Part shown: piece after piece, positions 61,897 to 64,000 of the stretch
Layout of the letters: each line of letters opens with the position of its first letter
Numbering within the stretch: the first letter of the stretch is position 1
Made by a program: the position numbers and the translations under genes
Notes under the pieces: generated by a model
What the model was told of the DNA's origin: nothing
What the model saw: only the letters and a program-made list of their open reading frames with translations
Databases searched by the model: none
From: Planctomycetota bacterium
GTDB taxonomy: Bacteria > Planctomycetota > GCA-002687715 > CAIWVZ01
NCBI GenBank assembly: GCA_044222185.1
Contig: JBGANV010000002.1
Location: 192,001-256,000 of the forward strand
Reading direction: 5' to 3'
DNA length: 64,000 nucleotides

Positions 61897-64000
61897 ATGA
61901 CGTCCACGCCGCTCGACATCGAAGCGCTGATGGCGCACGCCCAGTTCGTGCGCGTGATCGCCCGATCGCTCGTGGCGGATGAACCGACGGCGGAGGACGT
62001 GGTGCAGCAGACGTGGCTTGCGGCACTGGAACACGCGCCGCGCGAGCGCCAGACGGCGGCCGGCTGGCTGCGCGCGGTGTGCCGCAACTTCGCCTTTCGG
62101 ACGCGACGGGAGTCGGCGCGACGCTCGAACCGGGAGCGAACCGTTGCGCGCCCGGAGGGGACGCCATCGACGGCCGCCATCGTCGACCGGGACCAGACGT
62201 TGCGCGCGGTGACGGCCGCCGTGGTCGGTCTGCGGGAACCATACAAGTCGGCGGTCATCCTGCGGTTCTACGAGGGCCTCCCGCCACGCGAGATCGCTCG
62301 CCGACTCGGCGTGCCGTCGACCACGGTGAGCAGCCGCCTTCAGCGCGGGATCGAGCAGATCAAGGCGTCGCTCGACGAACAGCACGGCGGCGCGCGGCGG
62401 ACGTGGTGCGAGGCCCTCGTCGTGCTCGCGGGGATCCGCCCTGGGGACATCGCGGCGCCCGCGATCGTCGCCACCGGAGGGGTTCTGCGCCTGGCCGCAC
62501 TGTTGCTCCTCGCCGGAGCCGTGACGTGGAAGTTCTGGCCCGACGACGGGTCGTCACGCTCGACGCCTACCGCCGATCCGCCGACGGCTTCGGCCCCAGT
62601 CGCGGTCGACACGACGGCGAAGCCCGCGATCACGCCGAACCCCATCCGCACCGATCCGGCGGCCGGCCCACGACAGGCGGAACACTTCGCCGTCGTCGCC
62701 ACGGGCAGGGTGGTCGGAGAGCATCGACGGCCGGCCGCGGGCGCGGTCGTCACGTCGTTCGGGTTCGACGGCGATCCCGTTCGCACCGTGACGGATGCTC
62801 GGGGTGAATTCCGCGTGGGCCTCGCGCGTCGCCCAGTCGAGAACTCGCAGGATTGCGGGATCCACGTCGAAGCGCGAGGCTTGACGGCGATCGTCGCCGT
62901 TCCCGTCGGCCCCCGATCCGGCAAGACGATCGACGTGGGCACGCTCACGCTCGTACCAGCGGCGGGAGTGCTGCAAGTCCTGGTGCGCGACGGCGGTCAC
63001 GACGCTGCGAATGCGCGCGTGCTCGTTCGTGCCGACGACTATCTCGCTCCGCGGATCGAGATCCCGTCGTCGAGCGACATCTACCTCGGGAGCCACCTCA
63101 CGAACGCAGTTGGCACGGTGGCCCTGCCGCCGCTTCCCGCCGGGAACTACGTCGTGCGTGCCGTCGCCTCCCATGGGAAGGCAGCCTCCACGATCGTCAC
63201 GCTGCCCGACGCGGCCGCCGCGCCCATCGTCCTCGCGCTCGGCGCCGTGCATGCGCTCGACGCGCAGGTCGTGGATGCGACGGACGGCAATCCGATCGCC
63301 GGCGTCGAGCTCGACGTCGTCGAGGCCTTCGCCGACGGGGCGCTTCCGCTGTGGAATCGCCTCGACGGACTGACGCCACCGAAGCCGACCGATGCCGAGG
63401 GACGCACACGCATCGAAGGGGTCCCCGATGGTTCGCCCCTCGTCCTGATGGAGCGCGCCGCGCGTCAGCTTCCGGCGACCTCCAACCGGCAGCGCTTCCC
63501 CGTCGCCGCGGGAGCCACGTGGATTCGCGTCGCGCTGCCGAACCATCGCAGCGCCGAATGGCCCATCGACACGGCGACCGGGATCGCACCTGGCGACGGA
63601 GTGCGCTGTCGACTCGAACAGGTTCTCGATGGCGCGCTCGTCGTGGGTGCCGATGCCGTCGTCGTCGGAAACGTCCTGCGGGCCGACGACGTGATGCAGA
63701 TGACCGGCTCGGCCATCGCTCGCAGCGAAGACGGGCTCGTGGCGCGGGTGAACTTCCCGCCGGCCGTCGATGACGCTCGACCGATCCGCTTCATTCGCCC
63801 GCGGACCGCCGTCATCCGCGCCCGGGATCGTGACGGCCAGCCCGTCGGGGGCGTGCCGATGGGGTTGAGCGAGGCCGACCTCGGCGGCGCCCTCGTGCAC
63901 GTCGTCGACACGAACGAGAACGGCGAAGCCCGGTTCGACGGCCTGCTCGCCGCGCGGTTCACGGTTCATCTGGCAAGCCGGTCCACGCTCGGCGACTTGT
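61897..64000 (+). CDS. ECF sigma factor fused to a TM helix and extracytoplasmic beta-sandwich domains; runs off the window
   Basis: Own translation from ATG 61897: AEDVVQQTWLAAL, GWLRAVCRN, LREPYKSAVILRFYEGL...EIA..LGVP..TV.SRL.RG, then TM LAALLLLAGAVTW and GRVV...P.AGA.V domains. No stop seen. Confidence 0.85.
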   Translation, partial: MTSTPLDIEALMAHAQFVRVIARSLVADEPTAEDVVQQTWLAALEHAPRERQTAAGWLRAVCRNFAFRTRRESARRSNRERTVARPEGTPSTAAIVDRDQTLRAVTAAVVGLREPYKSAVILRFYEGLPPREIARRLGVPSTTVSSRLQRGIEQIKASLDEQHGGARRTWCEALVVLAGIRPGDIAAPAIVATGGVLRLAALLLLAGAVTWKFWPDDGSSRSTPTADPPTASAPVAVDTTAKPAITPNPIRTDPAAGPRQAEHFAVVATGRVVGEHRRPAAGAVVTSFGFDGDPVRTVTDARGEFRVGLARRPVENSQDCGIHVEARGLTAIVAVPVGPRSGKTIDVGTLTLVPAAGVLQVLVRDGGHDAANARVLVRADDYLAPRIEIPSSSDIYLGSHLTNAVGTVALPPLPAGNYVVRAVASHGKAASTIVTLPDAAAAPIVLALGAVHALDAQVVDATDGNPIAGVELDVVEAFADGALPLWNRLDGLTPPKPTDAEGRTRIEGVPDGSPLVLMERAARQLPATSNRQRFPVAAGATWIRVALPNHRSAEWPIDTATGIAPGDGVRCRLEQVLDGALVVGADAVVVGNVLRADDVMQMTGSAIARSEDGLVARVNFPPAVDDARPIRFIRPRTAVIRARDRDGQPVGGVPMGLSEADLGGALVHVVDTNENGEARFDGLLAARFTVHLASRSTLGDL

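Overview
GC-rich bacterial DNA. The gene content (ECF sigma factors, Ser/Thr kinase, FG-GAP and carboxypeptidase-regulatory-like proteins, stand-alone gyrA) suggests Planctomycetota, which is an inference. The main feature is a diversity-generating retroelement (DGR) island at about 7.5-15.8 kb. A DGR-type reverse transcriptase and an HTH/Avd-like accessory gene sit between two convergent NLR-like genes (effector + NACHT + FGE-sulfatase/C-type lectin fold). The two genes end in inverted 162-bp variable repeats that differ at 12 positions, all in non-synonymous codons. I found no template repeat in the window. The accessory gene looks truncated where the TR should be, and one target carries an in-frame TAG. 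Other content: a selenocysteine formate dehydrogenase operon with a split, reordered alpha subunit; gyrA; ftsH; a TPR-CHAT protease/ECF sigma/anti-sigma/FG-GAP cluster; a sugar ABC transporter with a binding protein-permease fusion; REP-like repeats; and several secreted proteins sharing an unnamed ~130-aa module. All domain calls come from reading motifs by eye, not from database searches.
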